The notes under the pieces were generated by a model, which ran no database searches, was not told where the DNA came from, and saw only the letters and a list, made by a program, of their open reading frames with translations. Of a stretch of DNA of 64,000 nt, positions 62,592-64,000 are shown piece by piece; the stretch's first letter is position 1; each line of letters starts with the position of its first letter. This stretch comes from Alphaproteobacteria bacterium (GTDB lineage: Bacteria > Pseudomonadota > Alphaproteobacteria > UBA828). The translations under genes and the position numbers were made by a program. The DNA lies in the NCBI GenBank assembly GCA_965214705.1, contig CBDCCI010000002.1, positions 2,400,001 to 2,464,000 of the forward strand, written 5' to 3'.

Positions 62592-64000
62592 GAGTTCGAG
62601 CGGGAACCGCCCGCCGGAACCGCCCCCCAGGCGCCTCTCGGGCTCAAAAAACGACAATGCGTCGAGCGATCGGCCCGTGGCCGAAAGCTCCGCTTACGGC
62701 CATGGATGCACTTCGTCGGATGGACGGCGGCGGGTCACCCGAAGGGCCGTAGCGAAGCGGAGGAGCCGCGCAGCGGCTTGACGCGCCGACGGCCGTCCGA
62801 CACCCCGGCACCCTGTCCCCCTTCCGGCAATGACCGATCAGTCCGGGAAATACGCGCGCCCGTCACCCGAAATAACCCGGGAAATCCGTCGTCAATCAAT
62901 CCGGGAAACAACACCCCGCGCAACCCGCTGCACCTGCACCCCGTCCAGCCCCGGCTCGCCCGCCATCAGCGAGCGCAGCGGGCCGAGGTCCAGCCCCACT
63001 TCCAGGTTGTTCTCCACCAGCATGCCTTCAGGGAGCGAGGCAGCAGCGAGGCGCATTGCCTGGTCGGCCGCGCCCTGGGAGGCGACGTTGCCGCTCAGGG
63101 CCACCCCGCGCGCGAGACGCTTCACGCGCACGGCTTGGAGGATCGGGTCGCCGGCCAGCAGAACGCGCAGTTCCTCGACGTTCGGTAGAATTCGCAGATT
63201 GCTCTCGACCAGTACGTCTTCCGGGAGCGAAGCCGCTGCAAGCCGAAGCGCGCGATCAGCTGCCGCGGCCGATCCGACCTCGCCGCTGAGAGCTATGCCT
63301 CGAGCGACACGGCGTACCCGAACGCTGCGCAATTCAGGTTCGCTGACGATAAGGGCACGCAATGGCGCAAGGTCCAGCGCGACTTCCAGGTTACTCTGAA
63401 CCAGCATGCCTTCCGGAAGAGAGACAGCCGCGAGCTGGAGTGCCCGTTCGGCCGCCGTCGGAGAGGCCACTTCGCCGGATAGGACGACACCGCGCTCGAG
63501 CCGCTGGATGTGCACATCCCTGAGATCGGGATCGCTGGCCAACAACGCTCCCAGCCTGTCGACATTCGGCGTCACACGCAGGTTGTTCTCGACCGAGATG
63601 TCTTCCGGGAGCGAGGCGGCCGCAAGGCGCACCGCCCGCTCGGCTTCAGCCTCTGAGCTGACGTCGCCGCTCAGAGCCACGCCTCGGGCGACCCGCTGCA
63701 CACGGATCTCAGCCAATGCCGGCTCGCCGGCAAGGAGCGAACGCAACAGTTCGAGGTCCAGCCCCACCTCCAGATTGTCCTCGACCACCGTAAGCGGTAT
63801 CGGGCCCCCATACTTCCAGCGGATCTGATTTCGGGGCTGACTCTCCGCCTTGACCACGAGCCACACAGGAGAGATCGCGATGACAGATTCGATTTTGGCA
63901 TCTGGCGACGGTGTCGCTGTTGCTTCGGTTGAGATCCCAGCTTCTGAGGGAGCCGCCCCGGCTCCGTCTGAGCCGGCCCCCATGCGACGCTGGCCGGACG

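Larger units (their letters stand above)
58520..62913 (+). mobile_element. 4.4-kb Mu/IS21-like DDE transposon with four genes
   Basis: TG..CA ends; IR TGTTGTTTCCCG / CGGGAAACAACA; 5-bp TSD CCCCG (58515-58519, 62914-62918); repeated CCGGGAAA at the right end. Confidence 0.9.
57323..64000 (-). pseudogene. cpaC: CpaC/RcpA-type secretin with at least 6 tandem BON-like repeats, interrupted by a transposon; 5' end probably outside the window
   Basis: C-terminal QVNLEVQIAEVQRS, LARPNVTANSGETASFFSGGEYP, EYKKYGVLLDFVPT, GESIVIAGL, ELIVTVTARLV. ~63-aa repeats (VQRVARGVALSG..LAAASLPE..VENNL) continue across 58519/62914. Confidence 0.8.

Noticed and set aside
62914-63790. CRISPR array or non-coding tandem repeat
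   Set aside because: The repeats are ~189-bp in-frame coding units without spacers, and there are no cas genes in the window.

Overview
GC-rich bacterial window, probably proteobacterial and heavily invaded by mobile DNA. (1) 1-15.7 kb is a nitrogen-scavenging region: the 3' end of a PxpA/LamB-YcsF gene, aliphatic amidase AmiE with an UrtABCDE-type ABC importer, two tandem dihydropyrimidinase/hydantoinase paralogues, and a polar amino-acid ABC system split by a nested REP>IS4>IS5 insertion. (2) 15.7-38.7 kb is a decayed mobile island: IS4, IS21, IS630 and IS5 remnants, a MOBF relaxase-helicase, a DUF4338 remnant, and an integrase remnant next to a tRNA-Met att-like scar. It carries the main discovery, a compact bacterial sterol biosynthesis cluster at 22.6-35.5 kb: an EBP-like isomerase, a sterol C24-methyltransferase, a single-ORF squalene epoxidase-oxidosqualene cyclase fusion, CYP51, an ERG24-type reductase, an SdmA-like Rieske oxygenase, and an SdmB-like dehydrogenase interrupted by an integrase+IS91-type element. 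(3) 38.9-48.4 kb is a regulatory block: a STAS protein, two convergent GAF-PAS-kinase-receiver-wHTH fusion proteins and two GcvA-like LysR regulators. (4) 49.5-64 kb is an atypical Tad-like locus: a CpaE-like protein, a lipoprotein, two helical-repeat secreted paralogues, a di-haem cytochrome c peroxidase and a secretin with at least 6 BON-like repeats. It is interrupted by an ISKra4-like element and a four-gene Mu-like transposon. Several 1-2 nt frameshifts may be long-read assembly errors. All calls come from motif recognition by eye; no database search was run.
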